Of a stretch of 64,000 bases of DNA, positions 10,118 through 21,578 are shown one piece after another (positions within the stretch are counted from its first letter, which is position 1; every line of letters begins with the position of its first letter). Both the position numbers and the translations under genes were made by a program. Under the pieces are notes generated by a model. The model ran no database searches, had not been told where the DNA came from, and worked only from the letters and a program-made list of their open reading frames with translations. The stretch covers positions 248,001-312,000 of the forward strand of contig OZ025657.1 in the NCBI GenBank assembly GCA_964019335.1, read 5' to 3'. The DNA comes from Diplonema japonicum (Eukaryota > Protista > Euglenozoa: Diplonemea).

Positions 10118-12528
10118 CAAATACGCATTTTCTTGCATACGTTTTTTTCTCCAAATTCCGCACCCCGGGGCTCACGATGCGTGACCCGACTGGCTGAGAG
10201 ACCCCCCCGACAGGCTGCCTTACTATAGGACCACTTGGAGCGGGAGGCAGCCTGCTGGAACTGCTCGAATCGTTTGAACACCTCTTACCCTTTTTGCCTT
10301 CCTGGCTGTTTTTTTCGTGCCTGTCGTTCTGAAGCATTTCCCGGATCTTCTGCCTTCTCTCGAGCTTGTCCTGAACAGATGGAGTGTTTATATAGTAAAA
10401 GAAAGTGCAAACATACCTGCTCCATTGCTGCCTCCTTCAACACCTGCTCTTCGATCTCCTTTTCCGCATCTGTTGTGTCCTTTTCAAACTCGGTTGTGCG
10501 AATCTCCTTTTCAATGTCGTCGACCTGCTTGGAGGCTGTTCGTATAGCTTCGAGCACGTCGGGATTCGTGTCCGTTTGCAACTTAGAAACCGCCTTTTTT
10601 TTATTTTTTTTTGTTTTCTTTTAATGCTCCCACCCCCTTTCACTGTACCTGTATCAAGTTCGCCATCAACTCAACTTCTGCCGGTGGTTTCAAAGACCGC
10701 TTCAGTTCAGGGAGGAACATGCACAGCCGCCGCCTCACAGCACTGACAGGATCCTTCGACAGCTCCAACGCATGCTCGAAAAACCGTTCTCGAAAGTACC
10801 GTCGGGAATAGTGCCGCAGTGTGGCCCGGCAGATTTCGATAAAGCTGAGCCGGTTCCAGTAGGATCTGTTTTTTTTTGTTTTTCTTTTCTGTTGTTCTCA
10901 TACTTGCTTTTTCCAAAATCCATGATGAGCTTGCTGAACACGTCCCCCTCCAGTGCAGTGTTGCACAGCTTTCTACAAAACAACACAATGATGCCAGCAC
11001 ACTGCGGCACCAACGCTCTCGGCCCGTTCTTAAGATGTTTCAAAAGAACAGGGAGGAACGTCCCATGCAAGTATGCAGACGAAAAGTAGTTCGGGAAGTG
11101 TACAAGATGGGTGTAGAGGGGCTGAAGCTTCGCTATGCTTGTCGCAGCCGTCGTTTCTAGATACTGCAGAAGGGGCGGGACGAGCTGCGAGAAATACCGT
11201 TCCTTCTCCTCGCCGACACCAACCTGAGAAGAGAAGGCGTCAAGCACCACGTTCATGTTTTGTATGAGGACCTTCTGCACAACAGGGTCCTTGTCTTGCA
11301 GCAGCAAGATGAAGGTGCCCTTCAGCACAGTGTAGGACTTGTTTCCAAGCAGCTTCGTGATTTCGTGCAGACCCGCGGCAATGCAAACCCGGCTTTCAAC
11401 ATGGCTGTCGGACGCTAGATGCTTCAGAACAGGGTGTAAATGCATGTTAAAATAATAGACAGGAAGCGACGCGCAAACAGCAGGCAAGTTGTAAGCGCAT
11501 GCTCGTCGTGTAGCGGGCGGCCCGTCTTCAGACGCAGCAGTATAGTACTGTGTGAAGAGCTCAACGTCAGAATCGCCAGCAGATGCGACCTCCGACTTCA
11601 CAGCCCATAGGTATTTCCCGAAGTTTTCGGTGAGGAGCGTGTCCATTGCAGGGGGTGGTTTTTTGATGTACTCTTTGAAGACGGGGTACGCCCTTTCCTT
11701 GCGGAATGGCGGTTCGAAGACGTCAGCGAGGTCCATCAGTGACACAAATGCTGCTTTTGTAACCTCCGGCTCCTCATCAAGTAACAAATCAAACAGCTCT
11801 CGGATTATCATCTCACGGTACACCACCGAGCCTCCCATCAACGATGCTAAAACATAAAACTGTCTGCACATAGCTGCGCGGACGGATCTGTCGGTGTCTT
11901 GGCATAACGCGGGTACTTTTTCGAGGAATCTTTCCATGTGGACTTCGCTGGCTGCTCGGTCGCAGAACCCGCCGATCAACCTGCAGCACAGTACACGGGA
12001 GTAGACCGGTTCAGACAACTCGCCCTTTTTCAACGTCACATCTATCATGCGATTGTACACAACGTCTTCAGGGAGATGCTTCAACAGAAGGACGTATACG
12101 TCAGACCAGACTTCATACAAACGGTCTTCTTTCAACTGCAGCATGGTGTCGGTGAGGTCAATTAAGAGGTTGAGGTGCTGAGCGGGGAGGGCGGGGATGG
12201 CGACTTTGATGGCGGCTGCCCCAGTAATCTGGACATCAACCTCCAGCTGCCACATGCTTTCGTTGAGCTCCTGAAGAATGGGCAACGTTTCATTTGCAGC
12301 ACCATCCGCCACGGTCACCCCAAGATGCTCTAAAACCGTTCTACGTTGGTTATCGCTGCCTTTCTGCAAGATGTACACCACCCTTTCGCAAGGGGCCATG
12401 CCTTGTTCTTCCATGTACGCGCAGACATTCTCCTCATACTTGCATGTTGCAGATGCTGCATTTAAACCGTCCAATCCAGGTAGCTCGTGTGCGTAAAACG
12501 GATCATCTGAAGGCTTGCCCCTCGGCAT
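10036..12528 (-). CDS. PPP4R4: Ser/Thr phosphatase 4 regulatory subunit 4-like HEAT-repeat protein (5 exons)
   Basis: HEAT repeats (LCQDTDRSVR, CAYNLPAV, IAAGLHEI). Splicing introns 10866-10903, 10594-10648, 10371-10416 and 10079-10140 gives KSYWNRLSFIEIC...ALELSKDPVSAVRRRLC, typical of PP4R4, ending ...SSAPKR*. Confidence 0.8.
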
Positions 12529-12728
12529 CCCCCTGCCTTCACCTTACCCAACAAACCTGCTGTTGTGGTTACGTTGAGTCATGTAAGAGGAAAGGAAGAA
12601 AAAAAAATATGATGGATATCTGATCAAAGGAAAAAAAAAAGGGGGGGTGGGGAAAAGAGAAGGGGAGTGGGGGAAAAAGAGGCAAGACATTCCCAATATA
12701 TATTTTTTTTCTCTTTTTTTTTTTTTTT

Positions 12729-13198
12729 TTACGCCGCCCTGACCTCTGCTCGGTATTCTTTCCCTTCTATTTTTCTTTTCAGCCTTTTCGCCATCGCCTC
12801 TCTCATTTCCTTTGTCAACCTTTGGGAGTATGATATCCCTCGTGCAATTTTGAATGTCTGGGTAGGGTTAAAAAAAAAAATTCTTTTTCGTTGTTTCACG
12901 TCCATACTTTTTTATCGATCTGTTTCCTGGTAAGAGGGGCGGACCTCTTTTTTTCCACTTTTGATAATCTCAGCCCACCATTTGTGGTGATGGTGCCGAT
13001 GTCACTCCAATCATCGTCCTCTCGCTTTTGCTCGTCGTCTTTGATATCAAGGTTGTCCATCATTTTCACCGGCCCGTCCTTCAGGACTAATCGTTCTTCT
13101 CTGCGGGACTTGATCTTCTTCTTTTTCGTGTCCAACCTCGCGAGACGTGCCTTTTTCCTCCCGTTGGCCTTCGCGAAACCCTTCTTCGATTTTCCCAT
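12729..13198 (-). CDS. Small basic protein (2 exons), possibly an Ecm1/Alb1-like pre-60S factor
   Basis: MGKSKKGFAK... start at 13198. Intron 12858-12907 joins LTRKQIDKK|TFKIARGISYSQRL...RAA*. The family call is only a resemblance. Confidence 0.6.
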
Positions 13199-13442
13199 TT
13201 TTTTTTCTTCCACAGCTGAGAAAAACTTATGCGCCCGTTTCATACCTTAAGGGGAATGGAGGGTGCGGGAGAGTGCAAAATAAAAAAAAAAAAAAAAGAG
13301 AGAGGAAAAGACTCGAATGGGGGAGGAGGGAAAAAGCCTTTACAACAACAAAAAGGCAAACAAGAGAACTTGGTCATCTCTCTCTTTCTCTTTTATTTTT
13401 CTTTTTTCTTTCTCATTATTATTATTTTTTTTTTTTTAACTA

Positions 13443-14696
13443 TCACATTTTACCCAAAACGGTGTACAACACAACCGCGACCACCTCTTTAGAAGTCTCC
13501 TTGGTCAGCTCGTACGACCACGTAGCATAAGGAAGGACAAGATGCGCGTAGTGCCAAGGACGAAAAGGTGGTGGCGCGGAAGGTCTGTAATCGAAGGTTT
13601 TAGGATGTCGCGACATGGCAGGGCCATCGCAAGAAGTGAGGTACTTTAAATCTGTGACAGGGAACTCCCTGAGCCCCATCCCCCCCCTCACCACCAAGGA
13701 TAAATTAAGCTCTGCAGCCACCAGTATCGGTGAAGGCAACGTCTTGAAAGAAGACGACAACGGCGAAGGGAAAACATGAGAAAACGAGCCAACTATCTCG
13801 CCGTTCGCCAGTATATCCCATTCGTGGAACCCGTGCTCCTCGGAGGTAATCAAAATCCCGCAGATTTCTTTGTTTTTAAAAGTGTCGTGAGCATGCAGTG
13901 TCAGCCAGTCCCCGTCCACACCCCTCCACGCCGTTGAACTGGCGGAATCGAAGGCACGAACAGGCGATCTTTTCAAGCTTTTCGGAATCGTTTTCAAATT
14001 GGCCCCAACCTCGCCTTGAAGGAATCCACCATGTGGACACACACCCATGTTGGGTGCTACAAGGCCTCCTGAGGTGGATCGATACAACGATGGGGCAATA
14101 ACAGCAGCTTCGATCAGCGAGAAGTGGTTGTTGTGAAACGTTTGCGACACCTTTCGGAACATCCCCACCGCCCTGTACTGGTGGAACTTGTTTGTCACCA
14201 CGATGATCGATTTGATCTCCGGGAGCTTTCGTTTGATCGACTCTAAGGTGTTAACAGCGTTGTCCCACGTGCAGTTGCTGTTCTCCTCCAGCAACAGTTT
14301 GTCATGCGGAATGGAGGGGAAGCACGATGAAAATCTGTTTCTAATGGACCCTGCTTCAGTCAGTTCGGAACCAGAACCCCTTGGTGCCCCTCCTGTGAAC
14401 ACTACCACATCGCCCATACCGGTTACCATTAGCTCGCCGCCCTTCATGATACGCTGGTCCAGCAGTGGCCAAGGGGTCCCGTCGCTGTTCAGCTTGTACC
14501 CAAGTACGACGATGGCCGTCTCTTCTTTTTTAAAACCCATCTTTTTGAGCGGTTCGTTCTCAATGCCCACACCTAGAAGCTCTTCCATGAAGGCCACCGC
14601 GTGGTAGGACAGCCCCTCCACGGCCTCCCACTGCAGAAGTATCGCAAGCAGCACCACGATGCTCGATATTGCTATTCTCTTTATGGTCATTTTCAT
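13443..14696 (-). CDS. Membrane-anchored DUF218 (YdcF/ElyC-like) protein with a C-terminal jelly-roll-like domain
   Basis: N-terminal TM; AIVVLG, FTGG, TEA, LLEENSNCTWDNA and VVTNKFHQYRA motifs. Confidence 0.8.
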   Translation of the reverse strand: MKMTIKRIAISSIVVLLAILLQWEAVEGLSYHAVAFMEELLGVGIENEPLKKMGFKKEETAIVVLGYKLNSDGTPWPLLDQRIMKGGELMVTGMGDVVVFTGGAPRGSGSELTEAGSIRNRFSSCFPSIPHDKLLLEENSNCTWDNAVNTLESIKRKLPEIKSIIVVTNKFHQYRAVGMFRKVSQTFHNNHFSLIEAAVIAPSLYRSTSGGLVAPNMGVCPHGGFLQGEVGANLKTIPKSLKRSPVRAFDSASSTAWRGVDGDWLTLHAHDTFKNKEICGILITSEEHGFHEWDILANGEIVGSFSHVFPSPLSSSFKTLPSPILVAAELNLSLVVRGGMGLREFPVTDLKYLTSCDGPAMSRHPKTFDYRPSAPPPFRPWHYAHLVLPYATWSYELTKETSKEVVAVVLYTVLGKM

Positions 14697-15275
14697 TTTT
14701 TTCTTTCAGGGTTAATTTCTCCCCCTATTTCTTTTTTTAAGTTTTGAGGAAAATTAAATTATATGCAGAGGGGGGAAAACCAAAACAAAAAGAATACAAA
14801 GGGGGGGGGGGGGGGGCATGAAGCAACATCACAGACATGTGATTTCACATAATTTCCCGCACAAGGTCAAGGGGGGGGGGGGGGGGGTCAATACCCCCTA
14901 TGCTGACATGGAGGCTTTATATAACGCACTTCATGCTATCAACTTCTTTTGTTTCTTCTTTTTCTTTTTTGCAAGAACGAGTCTTTGACGTCTGAACAAA
15001 TGGGAACGTTGGCAACGTGCTTATGGGTTATACACCTCTCCAGGTTTATAGATCCACCATCCACCCTCGGCACGCGTGTACATGACGGCCCACATATAGA
15101 TAACAATGTCTCGCAAAGAAAAGATTCTTTTCCTTGTTTTTCTTGTTTTTTTTTTAGATTCCGGAAAATTCTCCGGAAGGGGGGGACAGTGGTATTCGAA
15201 ATAGAAATACCAAAAAAAAAAAAAAAAGATTTTTGTTTCCATCTTTTTTTTTCCCTTTCTTTCCTCCTTCTATCA

Positions 15276-15602
15276 TCACTCATCCTTCATAGCTTTTCGT
15301 TGTGTGAGCCCCTGCTGGGACAGAGCTTCTTGGCCCTTTTCATTGCATGCAACCTCCTCTTTGATCTCTTTTTTCTTTTCCGGTTTCGCTACGGTTTGCT
15401 TGTTCGTTTTCAAATTCGATCGGCCCAAATATTTGAATTTCTGTATAAAGGGTGGCAAATTTAAAGAAAAGGAAAGGGGTCATACCGCATTTGCTTTGTC
15501 CAGCTTAACATCCTCTTTCAACTCTGCTTGTTTAATCCTCTCTTCTTTTGTTTTCGGTTCCTTGCTGAACTTTGCCTTGACACTTCGGAGCACCTTCTTC
15601 AT
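15276..15602 (-). CDS. Small Lys/Glu-rich hypothetical protein (2 exons, ~93 aa)
   Basis: ATG at 15602 after an A-run. Intron 15441-15485 (GTATGA...TACAG) joins ...DKANA|KFKYLGRS...KDE*. Confidence 0.6.
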
Positions 15603-15774
15603 TTTTTTTTCTCTCTTTTTTTTTTTTTTTTTTCCTTTCGTTTTGATTACCCACCATGGTCTCGTGGGCCTGTTCCATTTTTACTCTCACAAGGACGACA
15701 ACAGGTTGCGCAGACTTTTACACCTCCACGAAAGATCAGAGGAGGCAAGGGGGGACCCAATAAAAGCATACAAT

Positions 15775-15892
15775 AAAAAAAAAACTCAAAGTACAGGACA
15801 AGCCCCGCTAGAGGGCCGCCCTATGGGAGGGGTGCTAAAAGAGTGTCGTGAGGCAACATCACAGACGTGCTCTTTGACGAGCCCTCCCTTCC
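15775..15892 (-). mobile_element. Short SINE-like element sharing its 3' ~45 nt and T-tail with the LINE copy at 40645
   Basis: 15785-15834 (ctcaaagtacaggacaagccccgctagagggccgccctatgggagggg) is near-identical to 40645-40693. The 5' part is unrelated to the LINE ORF. Confidence 0.65.
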
Positions 15893-16071
15893 AAAACAAA
15901 AAAAAAGGGGGGAGAAGGGGGAGCAGAGAAGAAGGAGGAGGACAACGCTCTAAAGTAAACAAGAGGGGGTTTTTGATTTTTCTTTCTTTTTTTTTTTTTC
16001 TTCTCTTTTTTCTCCTCTGCTCTATTCCCTTCTTCATAACTGTACAAAACAAAAAAACAAAAAAAAAAAAC

Positions 16072-17550
16072 TTACAAGATACGACTTTTCGGACTCGCGG
16101 TTTGTCGATATCGCGAAAGAATGTTTTGAACGGACGGAGAGTGGATGGTGTGCCTAGTGGGAGAGACGGAACGGAGGGGCACATTGTGAGGGACCGGAGA
16201 CGGTGGAACAGGGCTCCACCGGGATCTTTTACCAGCATTGGGAAGGGGAACAGGGACTCGAGCAGGGGAATGGACAGGCACAGCACGCTGCGGGGGTGGC
16301 GTCATGACAGAGGCCGCCATGACAGACCCGCTTGCCCTACCCGCCGCAGCCACATATTGATCAGCAAGGCTTTTAACATACATCCAATCTACTGGTGTCT
16401 GTTGTGGTGCCGACGATGGAGGCGTTGGCGTTGCTGCATATCGCTGCGCCCCACCACTGTACGGTGGTGACGGCGCGTACAGCTCCGACGGCTTCATGGG
16501 CTCCGCATCATGCGGGTCATGGTAAGGCAGCACATCCGTAACCACAGTCTCGTTGTCGTCTTCAACATACTGCGGTGTCAGCATGTTAGGAGCCCCTGGG
16601 TGCGTCAGCTCATACATCGCCCCGCGTTCAATAGGAACGGGCATCGGTACCACATTGCACTGCCGGGCAGGTGTGAGATTGACAAGCGGCGAGGCGGCCA
16701 TGCTTGGTGGGACTACTACACTTGCCTTTCGAGGCGGGGGCTGTTGGTCCACAACATGCTTCTTCCCAGTCATGCTGCAGTAGGGAGCACTCGCAAACCC
16801 CATCCCACACACATTGCATATCGTATACTCCGCCGAGTTGTATGTGTACGACAGTGCTGTCGCCTCGCTCTTTCTGTCATAGTCTTGATCCTGAACGTTG
16901 CCGACGAGCTCTCTCGGCACGCCAGGTTGATGCTTTCCGTACGCCACCATCGGGTCAACTTCTTTCTTGTTTCTTTCGTCTGCCTTCCTCTGCTGTTCGG
17001 CGATCTGCATCTTCACGTACTCCGGGACCTCCACATTGCCCTGCATGCGCTGCAACGCATCGCACCCACTCGGCCCCTTCGTGTTGGGTTGGTACGGTGT
17101 CCCACCCCCACCCCCACCGCTTGTCTTTGCTTTCTTCCGTGGTGTCTTTGCTCTTACTTTTTTAGGAGCTTCCTTTTGTGCAGGCTCGCGTGGGATCTCC
17201 GGTTCCGGTTCAGGCTCTGCAACAACTGCGATTGCAGCAGGCTCGGCAGCCGGAGCCTCTCCCACTTGTGACGCTGATGGACCTATAGACCCCGCAACAG
17301 ACGCTGGGGCCTTTACAGACCCTACCACCGACACTGCCTTAACTGACCCTGCTACTGATGCTGGTTTGACAGATCCCACAGCAGAACCTGCCTTGACGGG
17401 CCCGACAGCAGAGGCAGAGGTTGCTTTCGCAGACCCGGCAGCAGAGGTTGCCTTCACAGATTCTACTGCAGACTCCTTAGCAGTTTGGGGGCCATCAGAG
17501 ACCGGCTTTTCTGATCCGACTGCGGACATGGCCAGCCCCTGTGTTGGCAT
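16072..17550 (-). CDS. Hypothetical protein, 492 aa; N-terminal ~9-aa SAVGSVKA repeats and a CxxC..C....H zinc finger
   Basis: Intact ORF; CNVCGMGFASAPYCSMTGKKH; Pro-rich tail. Confidence 0.75.
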   Translation of the reverse strand: MPTQGLAMSAVGSEKPVSDGPQTAKESAVESVKATSAAGSAKATSASAVGPVKAGSAVGSVKPASVAGSVKAVSVVGSVKAPASVAGSIGPSASQVGEAPAAEPAAIAVVAEPEPEPEIPREPAQKEAPKKVRAKTPRKKAKTSGGGGGGTPYQPNTKGPSGCDALQRMQGNVEVPEYVKMQIAEQQRKADERNKKEVDPMVAYGKHQPGVPRELVGNVQDQDYDRKSEATALSYTYNSAEYTICNVCGMGFASAPYCSMTGKKHVVDQQPPPRKASVVVPPSMAASPLVNLTPARQCNVVPMPVPIERGAMYELTHPGAPNMLTPQYVEDDNETVVTDVLPYHDPHDAEPMKPSELYAPSPPYSGGAQRYAATPTPPSSAPQQTPVDWMYVKSLADQYVAAAGRASGSVMAASVMTPPPQRAVPVHSPARVPVPLPNAGKRSRWSPVPPSPVPHNVPLRSVSPTRHTIHSPSVQNILSRYRQTASPKSRIL

Positions 17551-17693
17551 TATGACGACATGGATAAAAAGAAGGGAAACATCAATAAGTAGCTAGTTAA
17601 ACTCTTTCTTCTTTTTTTTTTCCCCTCGTAGCTTTCCAGCTAGCTACTACAAAATCGACCGAAACAGAGAGATCTGTAAAGACCTCATACATA

Positions 17694-20189
17694 TTAGGTG
17701 TAGTACTCGATGCATGCAAGACGGGAAGCAGCTCTGGCCCATTCAAGGAGAGGGTTGTCGGGAGGTGGCGACACGGTAAGTTGGTAGAGGAGGGAAGCAC
17801 AGTGCTCACGTGTAGTGGAGAGGTAGGAGAAGGAACGGGCGGAGGCAAGGATGAGGTGAGGGTTGTGGTGAAGGTACGCGGAGAGGAGTGCCCAATCTTG
17901 ATGGGGAGCAGCATAGGTGATACCGAGGAAACGGGAAAGAAGAGAAGCAATAGGTTCAGCGAGGTAGGTTTCAGCACCAACCTGACATAGAGCCTCTATT
18001 GTGAGAGAAGAGGCAGCGAGCGAGAGACAGTTACGTGCGTCCTCAATCATCCCAACGTCAACATAGGGTCGTGACGACGGCACACCACGCTCTGCCTCCA
18101 CTCCCCCCACAAAGGACACAAAGTCTACCCCCCTCACGTAGGTATTCCACGCCTGCCGACGGGACACAGATGAAGATACGTAGTTCTCAAGCTTCAAGAC
18201 GGCCCTGCACACGCCTATAACGGTGCACGTCACTCGCTCGGGGTCGCTGATGCAGGCAGACAACACCTCCGCAGGATCCGTCATTGCTTGCTCCCCTTTC
18301 GATACTGCCTTCCAAGTTACCTTCACATCTTCGAAGCCTTTCCCCGACACGGACTCGACCCCCGCACCCACCACCACAACGTCTAAAGGAAACAGAACAT
18401 CTGTGAAACCGTCAGCAATCCTGTTGAACTGCTTCCGGATGTATTCCAATTTCGATTGTTGCCGTGCGCAGTGGATCACAGGCAGGGAGGAAGGGACAGG
18501 GGGCTTGAATGGGACAAGGGCCTTGAAGTAATCCCATGCTGCCTCACTGCGTGCCTCCGCAAGGCGTATGTGCTGCTGCATCGTGTGAAGCATGTCAAGG
18601 CTGTCGGTGATGGTTCGAATCGCAACGATTTCCTCGTCAGCAATGTTCCCTCTTTGAGACGATTCGTCTACAACCATCAACAGGAGAGGATCCGTTTTTG
18701 TCAGACGACACTCAGGCCCAGGGGGGTGGGGTGGAGGGGTCGGGTGAAATGCAGACAAGGCTTCATAAACCCCACCAATACTGTACCTTGTGACCCGCTC
18801 CTCTCTTGCGAGCAACTGCCGTTGAGTGTAGAATTTATTCAAAACAACAAGCGTACACACAGCAGTAGAAAGGCTCAGAAGCGATACCTGTTCATCGTTC
18901 AAAACCGACTCACGACCGCAGTTCTCATTAAGCAAGACTGAAAGTATATCATGCTCACAACCAACAGTCAACCGCCATTGCTGTTCGACTGTGTTCCGCC
19001 CCACTGCCTCTTCTTTCATCACAACGCTCTTCGGGATGAAGAAGAGATGTTGCAAGCCCTGTTCCCATTCACCTTCGCGGACACTTCTCAAGCCAGCTTC
19101 TTCCATAATGATGAACGAGGACAGAACTCGCCGTTCTTTAGTCAGAGTGTTCCTTCGATGTGCTGATTCTTTTTTACACATGTAGACACAGACGCCATTG
19201 GTGTACCATGGTGGGAGGTAAGGGGCCGGAGAGACATGAAATGAATCGCACAGCAGCATGGCAGCAACACATGCGTCGGACTCGAGTTGTGTTCTCGACA
19301 AAATCTCATCTTCGAGAATGGTAAAATCTACCTGTAGACGACCCCAGTGTGCTGTCTCAAGGGATTCAATTTGATATCGACCCATTTCCTCCACTGCAGG
19401 AGCTTGGGTTGTGACGACTGTGCTGCACTGAGTGATCCATGAGTACGCTCGTTCGTTCTTTACCTTGGAAATCTTTTTCAGGGTGCCAGAGGTGAATTCT
19501 TCGTAGTTCATGAAAGGAGGCAGACGTGCCTCGGCCTCCCTCCAGCACCACCACTCTTCTTCAGACAAGCGGGATCGAAAGCGGTGTTCATTGTTTTCAA
19601 TTGTTTTTCTGTCGAAAGCTTCGGTTGTCTCCAGTTCATGTCGTTCTTCATTAATGTCTATCAGTTGTTGAAGATAAGCCTGCATAGAAACAGGTGGGGG
19701 CACCCACCATTGTGGTTCAATGTAAACATCATCCTCTTCGGGGACCCACGTAGGTGGAGGGGGTGGCGGGGTTTCATGGTTAACGTCGTGTTTCAAAACA
19801 GCTAAGTCGAACAAAACTGAAGCGGCAGCAGCTTGACGATGTGCAATGTTGCTCCTCTCGGTGGCTTCCTCGTTGCAAAGCCGCGGCATTGTTCTGAATA
19901 CGTCCCTTAGCGCATCGTACCAACCCCGCCACATGTAGACCAGGTCGTCTACCGCACACCTTTGCTGGTATGCAATATCATCCCGCAGCGAGGCCTCTTT
20001 GTTGAACAGCAAGACCCTTTCTCCATCGTTTTTGTCATCGAATTGTCGTTCTACTTCATCGGCTTGATGGGCTTCGAGCTGCCCCATGGCTTCGATTACA
20101 TATTCACACAGCTCGATTTTCAGGACCTCTTCGTCCCGTACAGGCCCACAGTCATACCCCTTCAGGAGGTCGGCTATCGTCTCGTTCAT
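17694..20189 (-). CDS. Hypothetical protein, 831 aa, with E-x3-R-x2-(I/L)-x3-E helical repeats
   Basis: Long intact ORF with recurring motifs such as EEATERSNIA, EEAVGRNTVE and DESSQRGNIADEE. Confidence 0.75.
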   Translation of the reverse strand: MNETIADLLKGYDCGPVRDEEVLKIELCEYVIEAMGQLEAHQADEVERQFDDKNDGERVLLFNKEASLRDDIAYQQRCAVDDLVYMWRGWYDALRDVFRTMPRLCNEEATERSNIAHRQAAAASVLFDLAVLKHDVNHETPPPPPPTWVPEEDDVYIEPQWWVPPPVSMQAYLQQLIDINEERHELETTEAFDRKTIENNEHRFRSRLSEEEWWCWREAEARLPPFMNYEEFTSGTLKKISKVKNERAYSWITQCSTVVTTQAPAVEEMGRYQIESLETAHWGRLQVDFTILEDEILSRTQLESDACVAAMLLCDSFHVSPAPYLPPWYTNGVCVYMCKKESAHRRNTLTKERRVLSSFIIMEEAGLRSVREGEWEQGLQHLFFIPKSVVMKEEAVGRNTVEQQWRLTVGCEHDILSVLLNENCGRESVLNDEQVSLLSLSTAVCTLVVLNKFYTQRQLLAREERVTRYSIGGVYEALSAFHPTPPPHPPGPECRLTKTDPLLLMVVDESSQRGNIADEEIVAIRTITDSLDMLHTMQQHIRLAEARSEAAWDYFKALVPFKPPVPSSLPVIHCARQQSKLEYIRKQFNRIADGFTDVLFPLDVVVVGAGVESVSGKGFEDVKVTWKAVSKGEQAMTDPAEVLSACISDPERVTCTVIGVCRAVLKLENYVSSSVSRRQAWNTYVRGVDFVSFVGGVEAERGVPSSRPYVDVGMIEDARNCLSLAASSLTIEALCQVGAETYLAEPIASLLSRFLGITYAAPHQDWALLSAYLHHNPHLILASARSFSYLSTTREHCASLLYQLTVSPPPDNPLLEWARAASRLACIEYYT

Positions 20190-20384
20190 TTCCCTTTTAT
20201 CATTCCCTTTTTTTCTTTTTTTTTCTTTTTTTTTTTTTTGTTCTTTTTTTTTGGGTTGATGAAGAATCGTTCGCCCATAGGAGGGAGAAAGAAAAAATGG
20301 GGGTTAGAGAATGAGAAAACAAAGCTTTTTCGTGTACTTTCTTTTTCATTTTTTTTTTTTTTTTGTTTCCCCCTTATCCATTTT

Positions 20385-21578
20385 TCATCCGACCGCCAGA
20401 ACAATTTCCCCAAACCGGGTCATGAGCTCCTTGGCCTTCAGGCGGGCTGAGCCATGAAGGACGTAGTAAGAGTTGACGATCCCTATGACTATAATGAACC
20501 TCGCGTATTTTAGCGAGCTGAACAGCATGGCGAAAGTGAACGCACTGTGAGTATAATTTCTCCAGGATACAATAATATGAAAAAAGAAAAACACATACAA
20601 TCCCTGCCAATTCGTCACAATTTGGTTCCTCCTGAGGTACAAACCACAGAGCCCCACAACGACCATCCCGTTCGTCAGAATCTTGCAAAACTGTTCCTGC
20701 AAAGGGGTAGTGACCATAGAACACCCTTGGATGAGACAGCCTGCTGCGTTGCAGTCGTCCATCCAGGACCAGAAGTTATACCCGTTGCACGCTTCAGTAC
20801 AATGTTGAGAGTAGCAGGTTTTCGTAGAGAGGTAGTGCAAAGGGTTAAAGGTGAGGAGCTGCCAAGTCTTTGCGTGGACGGGGTATGGCACCTGCGCGAC
20901 AGAAACCCCTGACACCAACGTCCCAAGGATCAGGAACAGAACTGCTACGGTTTTGTAAAGCCGGGCATCGAGTAGGAACTCGGCCCATTTAGCCTTTTGA
21001 AGATTATACTTGAAACGGCATTGATCACATTGGTAGTACGACGTCTCCTTCTGGGACCTGGTCCGCCACCTGTTGAGGCATGTTACGTGGATATACCGCA
21101 TGCTGCCTGTGCATAAACACGGTGAAAAGAGCTTTCCAGTCTCAGTTGTCTCTTCGTCATCAAAGCACAGCCTACAAACAGCTGGTTCTCCTCTCCCGGT
21201 ATCGTCTCGTTGTTGTGGGGGCTGCGGTTCGGGTACGGGTTGAGCTTGTCTAGGAGGGGCTGCCCTTCTCCTGCGTAGGCCTTCGCTTGGCTTTTCTTCT
21301 CCCGGTGTCGCTGTTTCGACAACCCCCCCAGCTTCATCACATAAATGCACATGGGGTATCATCCTGTCCTTCGTTGGGAGAAGATCCACTTCCCGCAGGC
21401 AGGCACCGTCATCTTCTATCACGCTGCCTTTGTACACCATTCTCGTCCCCATTCCTAACTGCTGCTTGAACGATTCCTTTAGTTCTCCCACCGTGCTCTC
21501 CTCTGGCACCAACGCCTGCACCACCTTTGACGGCTCTCCTGTTTTTACATATGTGCCTCTTATCAGTACTGGTGGCAT
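20385..21578 (-). CDS. Ubiquitin-like domain + RING-CH (MARCH-type) membrane E3 ligase
   Basis: Start MPPVLIRG. UBL (STVGELKESF..RMVYKGSVIED), RINGv CRLC...SPCLCTGSMRYIHVTCLNRW...CDQC, several TMs. In-frame 54-nt intron at 20545-20598. Confidence 0.85.
   Translation of the reverse strand: MPPVLIRGTYVKTGEPSKVVQALVPEESTVGELKESFKQQLGMGTRMVYKGSVIEDDGACLREVDLLPTKDRMIPHVHLCDEAGGVVETATPGEEKPSEGLRRRRAAPPRQAQPVPEPQPPQQRDDTGRGEPAVCRLCFDDEETTETGKLFSPCLCTGSMRYIHVTCLNRWRTRSQKETSYYQCDQCRFKYNLQKAKWAEFLLDARLYKTVAVLFLILGTLVSGVSVAQVPYPVHAKTWQLLTFNPLHYLSTKTCYSQHCTEACNGYNFWSWMDDCNAAGCLIQGCSMVTTPLQEQFCKILTNGMVVVGLCGLYLRRNQIVTNWQGLYVFFFFHIIVSWRNYTHSAFTFAMLFSSLKYARFIIVIGIVNSYYVLHGSARLKAKELMTRFGEIVLAVG

Noticed and set aside
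15304-16470. Plus-strand 388-aa ORF
   Set aside because: It runs through homopolymers and is antisense to two minus-strand genes. Poly-F and poly-K ORFs throughout the window are artefacts of A/T runs.
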